A stretch of DNA of 63,979 nucleotides, filler included, from Aduncisulcus paluster (lineage: Eukaryota): NCBI GenBank assembly GCA_024181965.1. It is 11 parts of 11 records of this genome, joined end to end, with 100 filler letters (N's around TTAATTAATTAA, not from the genome) between each part and the next. Parts side by side here need not be neighbours in the genome. Positions count along the whole stretch, not along the records: positions 24,696 to 34,426 come from BQXS01011417.1; positions 34,527 to 38,115 come from BQXS01011418.1; 9 more parts are not named here. One strand, 5' to 3'. Below the pieces are notes generated by a model. That model was not told the DNA's origin, searched no databases, and worked only from the letters and a program-made list of their open reading frames with translations. The translations under genes were made by a program, and so were the position numbers. Every line of letters starts with the position of its first letter. Position 1 is the first letter of the stretch. This document shows, one piece after another, positions 24,696 to 36,493 of this stretch.

Positions 24696-26129
24696 GAGAT
24701 CTGAAGAAAACACGGCAATGGCAAGGATCTCATTCGAAGGGTTGTATATTTTGGTGATGGTAGATGAGGAACGATCTGGATCGGTGGCTGTGACGGAAAC
24801 TGACATTACAACACTATTATTGGACAAAATGGTGGAGGAAGAACCCATAAATAGGAAGGTATCGGTGTCATTTGAGAATGAATGGGACACAGAGGTAGCT
24901 TTAAGTTCATAGGATGAAGATGTGGAGGAAAGTGAGGAACGATAAGAAAGTCCAAGAGGAATTGGAATAAGGGTCAAATAAGGAAGAGTTGTTCCATCGG
25001 TACTGACGGTTTTCCATGCTGAAGAACTAAAAATAGAAGAAAAATCGGAGACATAATCAGTGTTGTATCCAACTGAAATAGCAAGGAATTCCGGAATTGT
25101 TTCTGGCTCCACATACGTTATTCCTGGGGTTAGGTGGTTAAATCGGCCATCAACACGATCAAATGTCTGAATACAGGGCACATCTGTCGAGCAGGATGTC
25201 ACAGGAGGAATGGCTGAGAGACAGGAAGATTCTAGAGATGAAGATGTATAATTGGCCATAGTCTCCCGATATAAGGTCCCTATCTTTGAATAGAAAGAAT
25301 AGATAGAAACGGAGGTGTCGACAGTACTTTGGGTAGAGATGGAACCTAGTCTATCAACATAAACACTAAAAATCGGGGAGGAGGTGGCTCCATCCACAAT
25401 AATGTGAACGCACATCCCTTCAAGCTCATCTTCTTCAACCATAAAGGAAATAGATGTTGAATAGGGTGAAGGGCCGGCAAAACAGACGCGACTAACACTA
25501 GAATTTGTATCTGTTCGATAATCAACGCATATACGAACATCTGTTGAAGATTCAATTGGTTCTTCGATAACAGTTAGCTTTTCTGTGAGATTGAGATCCA
25601 TATCACGGACTGTGGTCACATAAGGCTGATCAAGAGCAACTATCTCATCAAAAAGATGCAATTGGGAAGAATATTGGAACAATGAACTTGGAAGTTGGTC
25701 AAGTGGATCATTTTCAACATACTCGGTTGCTACGCTCACAATATTCAGAATATACTCATTTGATGAACTTGGGAAGATTATTGGACCAGAATATGGAAAA
25801 TTGGATAGCATTTGGTTTTTTGATGAGGTGGAATCATCCCCAAAATAAGAAGAAGAGAACTGAATTCGTGAACCTTCTTGTAAAAAGAAATTTAATGAAG
25901 AATTTGTCATGGTTGGGTCCACAGAAAGAATATCAACTACTGATCCCTCTTCCAGGTACATATTATTCATTTTTACCTCTTTGAAAGAATGATAAGCATT
26001 GGATTTCGCAATATAGTCGATTTCGACACAAAATACGAAACTCAGAGAAAATTGGAGAAAAATACAAATAAATATGCTGAAATGCAGAAGATTTCCTGAT
26101 ATCAACATATTATGTTTCGAAATTATCAT
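24696..26129 (-). CDS. Hypothetical secreted/surface Ser/Thr-rich protein, 3'-partial
   Basis: Hydrophobic N-terminal signal-like segment (LLHFSIFICIFLQFSLSFVFC) and a long open frame. Confidence 0.8.
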
Positions 26130-26310
26130 TCCAGAGAGTATGAAGGCAAAAAAAATGCCATCGCATTTTTGGTAAAATATATTATCACAACTACATTAAT
26201 AATACATATGCCATACTATTTTATGAAATTTTTATCCATTTTTTTCTTTTTTTCTCCATGGATTCAGTTGTTAGAATGAGAAGTATTTATTTATGAATTA
26301 ATCATAGAAA

Positions 26311-26384
26311 TTTATAGGACGAAACAGGTTCTCGCTAAATTTTTGATTGATAGGATTTTGTGATAAATTGTTTCGGTAAAATTT
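26311..26384. repeat. Dispersed intergenic repeat of about 75 bp (second copy at 38892-38964)
   Basis: tttataggacgaaacaggttctcgctaaattttt...taggatttt..gataaattgtttcggtaaaatt closely matches tttataggacgtaacaggttctcgctaaattttt...taggatttt.gataaattgtttcagtaaaatt on another contig. Confidence 0.85.
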
Positions 26385-26572
26385 TGAGAATTGATCACTC
26401 ATCAGATGACCATCATGAACGTGAGTTACGTTCTTCCACAAATTGTGAATAACAATTGTACAACATTAACTTTTAAATCTATCGCTACTTCACATAATTT
26501 ATAACAAAACTCAAAAATTTTATTATTATCAATTTAAATTCTCGTTTAACTTAAAGCTTGAAGCTTCCAACA

Positions 26573-27085
26573 ATGCCAGAATCTAGCAATCCTCAAACAA
26601 ACGGCAAAAAAAGTTCGAAAAATCCCCCACAAAGTTATGTAGATCATGTGTCATCGAAACAAAAAAGCGGTAAACGTAGAAAATATGCTGAGAAGTTCTC
26701 GGATCATTTTAGTCAAGGAAAGAAGCATTGTAATGAGGATGATATTTCCATGCCTCCACAGATGTGTTTCCCCCCTCCTCCTCCCTTTTCTGGCCCTCCA
26801 TCTCATCATTTTCACCCTCATCATCCCTATTCCCGCAAAATATCTCCCAAAGGTGCCTTATTCAGATTTATGCACCATTTTCCATTGGATATTTCGGATA
26901 ATGAATTAAAACAAATAGCTTTAGCCGTTTATTTTTTCACTTTTGTTGAAGAAGGCAAGAAAGGAAAAGATTCATTAATTGAATCCGTAAAGAAGCTATT
27001 GATGGTTGAAAATCAATTACAAACAATGAAATCGGCATTACATGAGTTAAAGGATATGCTTTGGCCCGAAGAACCCCCCAAGTAG
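26573..27085 (+). CDS. Hypothetical protein (170 aa)
   Basis: ATG-started ORF between AT-rich spacers, with a Pro/His-rich middle and a helical C-terminus. Confidence 0.65.
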   Translation: MPESSNPQTNGKKSSKNPPQSYVDHVSSKQKSGKRRKYAEKFSDHFSQGKKHCNEDDISMPPQMCFPPPPPFSGPPSHHFHPHHPYSRKISPKGALFRFMHHFPLDISDNELKQIALAVYFFTFVEEGKKGKDSLIESVKKLLMVENQLQTMKSALHELKDMLWPEEPPK

Positions 27086-27392
27086 TGTCTGTTTTATCTT
27101 GTTTAGGGCCTAAACTTTAGGCTGATCTTTTTCCGATGAAACTTTAAAGGTTTTACAAAAAGAGTTACAATTTTTTTAAAACAAAAAATAAATTAAATTT
27201 ATTGGCGCATAAACTTGCTAATCATGGAAATAGTCCTATAACCTGTAAACAACAATAATTTGGCATTTAGAAATTAAGGGAAGATTTTAAATTGTGTTTA
27301 CTAATATTTTTCCTCGATATGATCATATTATGTGACGGTAGTCCCATTGCAATGTGTACCGACAGATCCTTTCTTTTTGTCACAATTAATAC

Positions 27393-30300
27393 ATGGTGAA
27401 AGGAGAGTGGAGTCCAATAACTCCTGGCTTATATGCTACTATTGCAGATTTCTTCACCGATGAAATTAATTTTAGTTCTACTTTGTCTCTATTTGAAAAT
27501 GAAACTCTTATGAAATCATTTCAGCTTTCTGGACGCCCTACTGCTTTGTCATGGGGTGTTCATCCAGATGATTCTAAAGGTATTCTTTCCATTGGATTTG
27601 AAGATGGTGCTGTCGTAGTTTATAGTGTTTCGAAGTTGCTTAGTCTCGTTGATGGAGGAATGGAAGAGCTTTCTGACGAAGAATGTGTATTCAAAGACAA
27701 AGTACATAGTTCTTCAGTTTCTGTGATGAAATTTAACTTATGTCCTAAGTACCAACAATATATGGCAAGTGCATCTGATGATGGATGTGTATTCGTCTGG
27801 GATTTTTCAAAAGGAATGTCAGAACCCAATTATAATATTCCTAGTCAGAAAATGCCTCATAAATCATTTCCAGTTCTTGATTTGGCCTGGAATTTTAAAG
27901 TTCCCCGCATCTTTGCTTCATGTGCTAAAAATGGAACCACTGCCATTTGGGATCTTAAAAAACAGACCGCCATTCTTACTTTGACCGATCCCTTTACTCT
28001 TCCCATCACTTCAATTGTTTGGTCTCTTGACATTGGTACTCGCATATTCACTGCCGCCGATGCTTCATCCATGGTCGCAGCTTCTCCGTCTACGACTACA
28101 ACCTCTACAATTCGCGTTTGGGATTTGAAGAACACAACAGCTCCTGTTCAGGAGTTCCATTCATGTGACATGAATGATATCCGTTCATTGGCCATTCATC
28201 CATCCGATAGACGCTGGTTGACTGGTATTTCAGTTTCTAAACACCGTATGGTGTCTTGGTTCATCAATCCAACCCCTAAGACATTTGAAAAGCAAGTTTT
28301 GACCAGTGGTGATGATATATGTGCCATTTCTCCCCATGAAGGAATGTTCTGCAGTTCTCTTAACCATGGAATGTGTTCTAGGTTTCTTAAATTTCAGATT
28401 CTCGCTGATCTTCTCGATATTTCTTCCCTCGATGAACGTGAAGCTCAAAATCGTGAAATCAACCCCTTTTCCCTTTCTTTCTTGACATCTCTTCCCAATG
28501 ATGATGATGGCGAGAAGACTCCAAAGGTCAGAATTGGAACTGCCCTCGATTTTAGGACATGTCTTGACCAGATTGTCCAATCTCACCCATCCCATGAAGC
28601 TTACATTTCTGAGTCTATGCCCCGCTTCCTCTCCGCCATTCTCCCATGTGCCCACAAAAACAAGCTCTTTGGAAAGATATGCTCTGGTGGGTATCTCATT
28701 CGTCCTATTGCTGACCACTACAAGACCCTTCAGAGTGGAGTGGAAGGTGAAGATGCTGAAGTTACCTCTGCTCCTGCCCGTGTTTTTAAGTTAATCACTT
28801 CCCCCGAGACTGTGAGGGAAGGAGAGATTCTGGTCTCCAATCTTAAAGGTGATGTCAAACAATATGTCCATCAGAAAGCCACGTCCTCCTCTTCCTCAAC
28901 CTCCATTGACGATGTTCTCTCAGGGGCCTCCATTATCACCCCTTCCTTGCCCTTCCACGATGTGCTCTACAATGTTATGGACAGTCTCTGTGCCGATAGC
29001 TCCGAGCAACGAAAGATACTGATGAAAATGGTTGGAAAAGAAACCAGTATAAATAAGGATGGAACAGGACATACATTCACCATTGAGGAGGGAGAGGAAG
29101 ATGCTACAGAGCAAGAGAGTGAATCCAGTGGCGTCTCAACCGAGAGCTTCGAGGAAGAGGAGGATGAACAGGCCGACGAGGACTTTTTCGATGATATTGA
29201 CAAAAAGGAGGTGAAGGTTGAAGAACCAAAGAAAGAAGAGGCTCCGGTCACCACATCTCCTTCAAAAAGCCCTTTCACTTCTTCTTCCCTTTTGAGCAGT
29301 CACTCTCCTCGTCAACGAAGTGATTCTTTCGCCTATGCTGGAATGACCCTTCCTCCATTCATTGATATGATTCAGTGTGGAAATATATCCGGGGCTGTGA
29401 AGTATTGTATGGAGAACAAGAAGCTCGCTGAAGCCCTCATCATTGCCGCCCACGCTGGAACGTCTGCTTGGAAGATGACTGAGAAGCTCATTGTTGACGC
29501 TAACACAGATCTCGCACAAGCCCTCAAGATAATGCATGCCATGGAGACTACTACAGCAATGTTTGATCATATTGAGCATTCCAAGGCCAGAGAATGGAGA
29601 AATACTGTATGCTTCATTTGCACCACTGCATGTGTTGCTGACTTTAGGGAGGCCTTTCGTTTGTTAACAACTCGTCTCATTGATTATGTTGAAACTAAGC
29701 AGAAACAGCTCGCTTTATCACATCCTTCCCATTTCTCTCGTTCTTACCGCGATGTCCTTCTTGGTTGTATTGTGTGCGCTGTGTGTGCTGCCGACATTGA
29801 TCTCATCGCCACTGTTGTACAAAAAGAAGCAGAATCTGGAACCAAAGGGCTCAGCAAGGCCGTTGAGTATGTATCTTTGTCATGCACTTGTTTAGAAAGG
29901 ATGATTGAGCAAGGAGGAGTAGCCTCCAAACTCCTCTTGAAATATGCCACATTGCTTGAAGGTGAAGGCGCTGAGGAGACTGGAAATTACTTTAGAACCT
30001 TGAGTGGATTCAGACAGACTGCTGTAAGGCCTATTGTGACATCTTCAGCACCCAAATACACACCCAAGAGTAATAATATGATGGGACGTATGTCTACAAG
30101 ACCACGTAATCAACCCATTTCATCCGCTCGTCGCCCTGTTGCCAGTAGTCGTCAGAGAACCCCCATTTCATCTTCGATGAGTGTGCCCAAAACCACAAAT
30201 ATCATGATGCCTCAAACTCAGGCTTCATCTGTCCCATCTTCCCAACCCATCCCTTCTGCCTTCCCAATGCCACAGCCCTCATCATCTTCCAGCATGCCCA

Positions 30301-31337
30301 CGACTACTCTGATGCCTATGGCCACCCCTCCAAAGACAAATATTATGATGCCTCAAACAACTTCAATGCCCTCAGCCCATCCGATGCCATCTGCATTCCC
30401 AATGCCTCAGCCTTCCTCTGGGAGTAGACAGCCAACTACGATGCCAACAGCTCTGCCATCAGCTTCGAAGCCAAACATTATGATGCCTCAAGCCTCGGTA
30501 ATGCCTTCTACACAGCCTATGCCTTCTGCCTTCCCGATGCCCCAACCTTCAACATCCACCCCCAGTAGACAACCGACCATCATGCCTACAGCGCTTCCAT
30601 CTGGACCTAAACCTGGAATCATGATGCCTCAGCCTTCTGTGATGCCCTCAGCCCACCCGATGCCTTCTGCATTCCCAATGCCTCAGCCTTCCACAACTAC
30701 CCAGCAACCAACTACGATGCCCTCTGCGATGCCCACTGCGATGCCCACTGCGATGCCCGGTAGTACTTTCCCAATGCCTCAGGTGTCTGGTCCAACCTCC
30801 CAACCTTCCATGCCAACGGCTCTTCCAGGTATGATGAGTGCTCCGATGCAACAGAATGATATCCATACTCTCCCCACAGCCACATCGTCAAGGAGGCGGA
30901 TGCGTTCACGCCCAAGGGTTGGTACTCCCAAATCTCAATCCGAGCCATCTCCATCCCCTCAAAGGACACCCATGTCAGCTCCCATGACTGGCACTGATGT
31001 ACCAGACCGTTTACCAATGAGAGCCAATGCTCTTTCTTATATCAATGGTATAAATGCTGAACAGGCTCAATATTCAAAGGCTTGCAAGGTTCTCCAGAAA
31101 TTGGCTACTCAAATTCACAGTGATCCTGGGTTCTCTCATATTTCTAGCCAATTCTATCAGCTTGTTGCTTTGTGTTACCATGGTAAAATCACCCCTCAGG
31201 AAGCTGATGCCCTCATTGCCGCCGTTGAGAAAGTTAAATTTGGACATCCCGTCCAACCTACTGAATGGCGCACTTTCCTGAATTTAAAGAGATATGTTAT
31301 GGTGTTTATGCAGATTGCCAAGATGTTTGGAAAGTAA
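27393..31337 (+). CDS. SEC31: COPII outer coat protein Sec31
   Basis: N-terminal WD40 (LAWNFKVPRIFAS, IWDLKKQ, IRVWDLKNTTAP), alpha-solenoid (GNISGAVKYC..LAEALIIAAHAG..W), long Pro-rich region and helical C-terminal domain with W. Confidence 0.92.
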   Translation: MVKGEWSPITPGLYATIADFFTDEINFSSTLSLFENETLMKSFQLSGRPTALSWGVHPDDSKGILSIGFEDGAVVVYSVSKLLSLVDGGMEELSDEECVFKDKVHSSSVSVMKFNLCPKYQQYMASASDDGCVFVWDFSKGMSEPNYNIPSQKMPHKSFPVLDLAWNFKVPRIFASCAKNGTTAIWDLKKQTAILTLTDPFTLPITSIVWSLDIGTRIFTAADASSMVAASPSTTTTSTIRVWDLKNTTAPVQEFHSCDMNDIRSLAIHPSDRRWLTGISVSKHRMVSWFINPTPKTFEKQVLTSGDDICAISPHEGMFCSSLNHGMCSRFLKFQILADLLDISSLDEREAQNREINPFSLSFLTSLPNDDDGEKTPKVRIGTALDFRTCLDQIVQSHPSHEAYISESMPRFLSAILPCAHKNKLFGKICSGGYLIRPIADHYKTLQSGVEGEDAEVTSAPARVFKLITSPETVREGEILVSNLKGDVKQYVHQKATSSSSSTSIDDVLSGASIITPSLPFHDVLYNVMDSLCADSSEQRKILMKMVGKETSINKDGTGHTFTIEEGEEDATEQESESSGVSTESFEEEEDEQADEDFFDDIDKKEVKVEEPKKEEAPVTTSPSKSPFTSSSLLSSHSPRQRSDSFAYAGMTLPPFIDMIQCGNISGAVKYCMENKKLAEALIIAAHAGTSAWKMTEKLIVDANTDLAQALKIMHAMETTTAMFDHIEHSKAREWRNTVCFICTTACVADFREAFRLLTTRLIDYVETKQKQLALSHPSHFSRSYRDVLLGCIVCAVCAADIDLIATVVQKEAESGTKGLSKAVEYVSLSCTCLERMIEQGGVASKLLLKYATLLEGEGAEETGNYFRTLSGFRQTAVRPIVTSSAPKYTPKSNNMMGRMSTRPRNQPISSARRPVASSRQRTPISSSMSVPKTTNIMMPQTQASSVPSSQPIPSAFPMPQPSSSSSMPTTTLMPMATPPKTNIMMPQTTSMPSAHPMPSAFPMPQPSSGSRQPTTMPTALPSASKPNIMMPQASVMPSTQPMPSAFPMPQPSTSTPSRQPTIMPTALPSGPKPGIMMPQPSVMPSAHPMPSAFPMPQPSTTTQQPTTMPSAMPTAMPTAMPGSTFPMPQVSGPTSQPSMPTALPGMMSAPMQQNDIHTLPTATSSRRRMRSRPRVGTPKSQSEPSPSPQRTPMSAPMTGTDVPDRLPMRANALSYINGINAEQAQYSKACKVLQKLATQIHSDPGFSHISSQFYQLVALCYHGKITPQEADALIAAVEKVKFGHPVQPTEWRTFLNLKRYVMVFMQIAKMFGK
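30198..30790 (+). repeat. Degenerate Pro/Met-rich coding repeats in Sec31
   Basis: [NG]IMMPQ...PSAFPMPQPS occurs 4 times, plus short MP(T/S)A repeats. Confidence 0.85.
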
Positions 31338-31572
31338 GATTTTGTTCCCAATGATTTTTTTTGATTGGGGATGAATAATATCCTGTCCGATAACTTTTCT
31401 TGAGTCAAGAGTATTCCTGTAGTAAAGATTTAAATAAAAACGTATCCTTGAAAAGTTGTTTATTTGAGTTATAAACTTCATTTTCCTTTAATAATATATG
31501 ATTCCAAACACTGTCGTGACCGTCACGAAAAGCCTTTGATCTGAGATCACTTTTTGAGTGAATATTTAATTA

Positions 31573-32246
31573 ATGGGTTCCATCTCCGAATATATTGGCC
31601 AAATAAGGCACATGAGAGTTTCAAAAGTATGTTTTCCTTAGTATTAAATCGTGTTATATCTATTTTACAAAGCACTTATCATAAATCCCTAAATATATTT
31701 CTTAAATAGATATTTCTTCAAATCATCCAATTAGCCTTGATTGCTGCATCAGCATTGATGGTGTGGAATACTCTCAAAGTTATCACACGTACCGATAGCC
31801 CCATTGTTGTAGTTCTCAGTGGGTCAATGGAGCCAGGATTTTATCGAGGAGATTTATTGTTTTTATATGAAAATGATGACGATATTGAAGTCGGAGATGT
31901 TGTTGTATATAATGCTACAGAGAGAGAAATAGCTATTGTTCACCGTGTCTTGGATATCATTCCTGCCAACGATTCAACATTCTCATTAAGCTATCAATCA
32001 AAACTAGAATGGAATAACGATTTTACTGAAAATTTTTATCTTACGAAAGGAGATAACAATAGATATTTCGATCAACCTCTTTATGGCGATAAAGATTTAT
32101 TATCAAGAGATGATATCAAAGGTAGAATTAGGGGATATTTCCCTTACGTGGGATATATCACCATTTTATTGAATGAAAAGCCTTGGGTTAAGTACATTCT
32201 ATTTGCGATTATGGGACTTGCTGCTCTTGCTGGAAACGAAGATTAA
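31573..32246 (+). CDS. SEC11: Signal peptidase complex catalytic subunit Sec11; join(31573..31626,31710..32246)
   Basis: SPIVVVLSGSMEPGFYRGDLLFL, IVHRV, LTKGDNN and PYVGYITI. Removing the GTATGT...TAG intron gives the expected N-terminus MGSISEYIGQIRHMRVSK|IFLQIIQLALIAASALMVW. Confidence 0.95.
31627..31709 (+). other. Spliceosomal intron (83 nt) in SEC11
   Basis: GTATGT donor, TAG acceptor, phase 0; removal restores the frame. Confidence 0.88.
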
Positions 32247-32477
32247 TGAAATCAATGCCTAAAATAATCAATTTTTTTTTCAATTTCCCTTCTTTTATCC
32301 CTCTATTTCTTTAACTTAAAGATGATTTTTTGAAATCACATTCTGCGACCAAAGAGACAATAAAATATTTCATAAACCATTAATTTATTCAACTATTATC
32401 CCAAGAACTGTATTTGGGAAAAATCAAAGGTGATATAACATTTAATTTCCTGTCCACGATTTTGTGAGCTATTGGTG

Positions 32478-34426
32478 ATGGATGCCGTTAAAATACGTCA
32501 GACAACATCACAATCTCGCGATGAAGTAGATGAAGGACTTCAATATTGTGCCGATCAAGTTGCTCAATATATTCCATCAAAGTATAAACCCCTTCCCTTA
32601 GATTCTTCCTCTGATGTAACATCTTCTGCACCAAGTTTTACCGAAAGTATTACAAATAGTAAGCGAAATGCTGTAACCTGCCTTCGTATTTTGATTCTGA
32701 GGGCAACTTCCTCCCATATTACCCAAATTACGTCAGCATTCTCCATGTTGCATGCTGCAATTATGAAATGGAAATCTAAACATCCTCACGATAATATCGA
32801 TAATCAATGGTGGGTAATGAGTTTTGGAGAGCGAATTGTTGATTTTATTGAATATATTGCCAAAACGAAAGAAGAACGGAAATCTCAAAATGCTCGAGAG
32901 AATGAGAAAACTTCAAAAATGGAATCCATGATTAAAAGTTCATCGAAAGGTGAGAAAGGACCCTTCCATTTTTCATATTTTGGTTCTTTTCCCTCAAGGA
33001 TTGATTTTTCTCCAGCACAGTTTTGTGAAGCCATCCAACCAGATTCTCCCACATCTCATTTCTCTATCCTGCTAAAAATATATCGTTCAAGCTGTCTTTC
33101 TCATTATAATCATGCTCGTATCCATAAAGAATCTAGTGGGGCCAATTTTAAGCGCTATTCCGATCGTTTGACAAAAATTGGGAGATGTCAGCAAACCATA
33201 AAGTTTATTTGTAATCTTGCCATAGAAAAGAAGAAGTTTGGGTCTAGATTGCTCTCTATTCCTCCTTTCTTACTCTCTCTACCCCCTGCTGATATTAAGC
33301 GAATTTGTTTCCATCTTCCCAAGAAATCCAAAGATCGATCTCCTGCCGAAGTCCCTGTCCTCGACCGTGAGCAAGTGAGAAAAGAGTTTAGTAATCTAAA
33401 TAGTCAGCCTAACGTTGACATTGCCGACCATATCCTTCAGATGCTTCGAAAGGACACTTCAACGCAAGGCTATGAGTCGATGCTTGCACCTGTTCCACGA
33501 TTCTATCTTTCTCAGCAGCGAATTGATGAGAGTATTGTCCTTTATAAGAGAATAGTCCACGATCACTATAAAACCATCGATATTAATGCCTTGTTTCAGC
33601 CTCGGACTGCCCAAGACAAGCTATATTCCATTGATCCGACGGGTGAGGACTTTGATCTTTCCCAAAGAATATTTAAACTATCGAATTCCCCCCATTTTTT
33701 GGACAGATATCATGCAATTCTTCTCATTAGAAAACTTCACTGTGAACTCACCCCCGAGACTGCCATTAATCTTCAACGTCTTGAGATGTTCAAGAGACGT
33801 TGGCTCAAAGTTTATTGCAGTGAGGGCTTTTTATATTCAAAGGCTCAGCAAACCCAATGTCTCCGGGAACGAGGCTCTATATCCTCCCATGTTCCTTTCT
33901 CCTCTTTATCTTCCAACGACTCAATCACATCATTACAAGCATCTCCATTTCCTCCATTCGCTCTTCCTGCGAAAAAACCATTGCTATGTCACACCCTCCA
34001 TGCTTGTACAATGCTTCGCTCTTTCTTCTATTCTGCTTGTGAGAGCATCGATGGGGTGGACATTCGTTTTGTTGAAGCATCTGAGAAAAGAGAAAGAGAA
34101 AAGAAACACTCGGATAGGAGGTGGAGTGTGATTGGAGAAGGGGAAGAAACAGGGTCTAGTTTGTTTTCTGGCTCAAACCTCTTCCGGAGCTTTGAGAGAA
34201 TGGCAAATCAAGAAATCTCTGAAGATGATGAAGAGGAAGCAGAAGAAGAGAAGGAAAGAGAGATGCGTCATAAATTGAAAGAGAAGGAAATACACCGTCA
34301 GAATGATCTGAAGGCTCTGAGACAGTTGACATTTGGGTTGAAAGGCGATGATGATGTTCGCGATGGCGTTGTTAAAATGATGAAATGGTCTTCTGGAGGT
34401 GTTGAAGCTGCTGAGGCTGAAGTTGA
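32478..34426 (+). CDS. Hypothetical protein, 3'-partial
   Basis: About 650-aa open frame; no recognisable family. Confidence 0.8.
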
Positions 34427-34526
34427 NNNNNNNNNNNNNNNNNNNNNNNNNNNNNNNNNNNNNNNNNNNNTTAATTAATTAANNNNNNNNNNNNNNNNNN
34501 NNNNNNNNNNNNNNNNNNNNNNNNNN

Positions 34527-36182
34527 ACTCACATACTTGCCATCAGCACACCAACGCTTGGCAAACGCACTCACACTGCCTCCAACACAGAACTCCATCA
34601 GGAAGCCATACACACCTTTCATATCGCAATCAAGCAGGTCAAGGATATACAGAGGACGTGGGATACGGTTGAAACATTTGGGATTCGTAAACAACTTGAG
34701 TTGCACTTTAAACTCCTTCCGACACCCTTGCACAACAGTTTTGTCCGCAATCCGAAGCATCTTCTTCAGAACACATGGGAAAGGAATGCCATCAATAAGA
34801 ACAAGAAGAACCTCTCCGAACCCACCACTGCCAATGATGCACTGTGAAGTCAGCGTGGATGCAGATGTCAGGGTTAGCGAGTCGTGCTTGGGGTTATGTT
34901 TCTTTTTATCCTTATGTTTCTTCTGTTTGGTGTCTTTTGGTCTTGGATCCTTATCATTTCCTTTAATAACAATTTCTTCTTCTTCTTCTTTTACAGGCAA
35001 AGCTTCTTTCACAGGTTCCTTTACACGTTTTGATGGCAAAGACAAAGTCGATGTGGGTGTCTTGGAGGAACTGGAAGGAACAGGAACAGGAGTAAGAAGA
35101 GGAGGAGAGGTGGGAATATCATCACCTCGAAGGAATACAAGGGAGTGGATGAAGAAACGTCGACTATTCTTATTTAACCACCTTCCTTTCCCTTCAATCT
35201 CACACAATACAACATTATCCACACCAATAGGAAGGAAGTGCCATTCATATCTATGTTTAGGTCTTGTGAATTCATACTTCTTGGATGTCTTCTTACCATC
35301 ACAATCAGTAAAAGTTAAGAGAAGAGAGGGTGAACTATGCCATTCATCCACACAGATATAAGCACCTTTCATTGGACTAGGTGATGGGAAAGGGATGGAA
35401 AGATGGGATAATTCAACATAATCTTCCCCTATTAACATTGCTTGTGCTTCTGAACTCCGATCATAATACTTAGATTCCTTACTCACCGAATCATTCTTGC
35501 ACTTAACCATTGAGAATGAAGGATCTACAAGCTTTGGATAATCACGTGCAATGGGAATAGAATCTATATATCCTTCCTTAATAAACTCTGGTCTCACAAT
35601 TGGAGCTTCAGACCATAGTTTCTCTCTGGCTTCACGAGATGTGATTTCTTCAGGAGATTCTTCTCTACTAATGAAAATAAGGGAGTCGATTTGAAAATAC
35701 TCTTTCTCTCTTCCTTTCCCTGTAATCTCACACAGAACAACATCAGGGAGATCAACAGGAAGAAAATACCAATGCCAACCTTTAAATCCAGGAAACTCGA
35801 ATTTCTTGGATGTTTTCTCGCCCTTTGAAGATGTGAGAGTGAAGATGAGATGTGATGGAGGTGAAGAATCACTATCAAGACAAATATAAGCCCCTTTCAT
35901 TGGGGAAGATGAAGAGAAAGGAAAGGAGATATGGGTATATTGTCCTCCATTCCACTCTCCTTTCATCATCTCTTGTGCGTTAGAACTCTGATCATACTCT
36001 TCATCACCTTCTTCCTTGGTTCCATCAATTGCTTTGATTGTTGGAAACTCTGCACTCTTGATATTGGGAGCATCTCTAGGAATTGGACAGCATCTCTCAT
36101 CTCCTATATGAACAAACTCATGTTCCATAGTTTGAATAACAGCATCTGTGGATGAACTCATTTGTACATTTTCAGTTGCCAT
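34527..36182 (-). CDS. Protein kinase with two tandem N-terminal unknown beta-rich domains, 3'-partial
   Basis: Two repeats of about 150 aa (H.S.PF.S.SPMKGAYIC...W.FLP....VVLCEI.GKG), a Pro/Lys linker, then a kinase N-lobe (IGSGGFGEV, VLKK, alphaC Glu in CRKEF, LMEFCVGGS). Confidence 0.9.
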
Positions 36183-36493
36183 TTGAATAGAGATGGAATT
36201 TCTTATCTAAAAAATAAAAACAAGCAGAATAATGAATGAATCCGGTTAAAATATTTCTTAATATACATTTAATAAAAGATATGGCATATATTAAACATAC
36301 AATTTGCTTGTACGACGAGAAATCGAAAAAATGGAGGACCGAGCAAGCAACCCTTCAATAGATAAGATTGGAAATTTAAAAACGCATATAAACGAGTTAA
36401 ATGTTGGTAAATGATAAAAACATGTTTTATTTTCATTTCCATGCCATGGTGTTTATTCTCGATATCTCTGGCTTTTGGGACCCCTCAGGACTG

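Noticed and set aside
26314-26330. AGGACGAAAC resembling the 3' half of a hammerhead ribozyme
   Set aside because: There is no upstream CTGANGA core or stem II partner, and the second copy reads GGACGTAAC.
30198-30790. Repeat-spacer-like pattern suggestive of a CRISPR array
   Set aside because: These are degenerate in-frame coding repeats in the Sec31 Pro-rich region; no cas genes are present and the context is eukaryotic.
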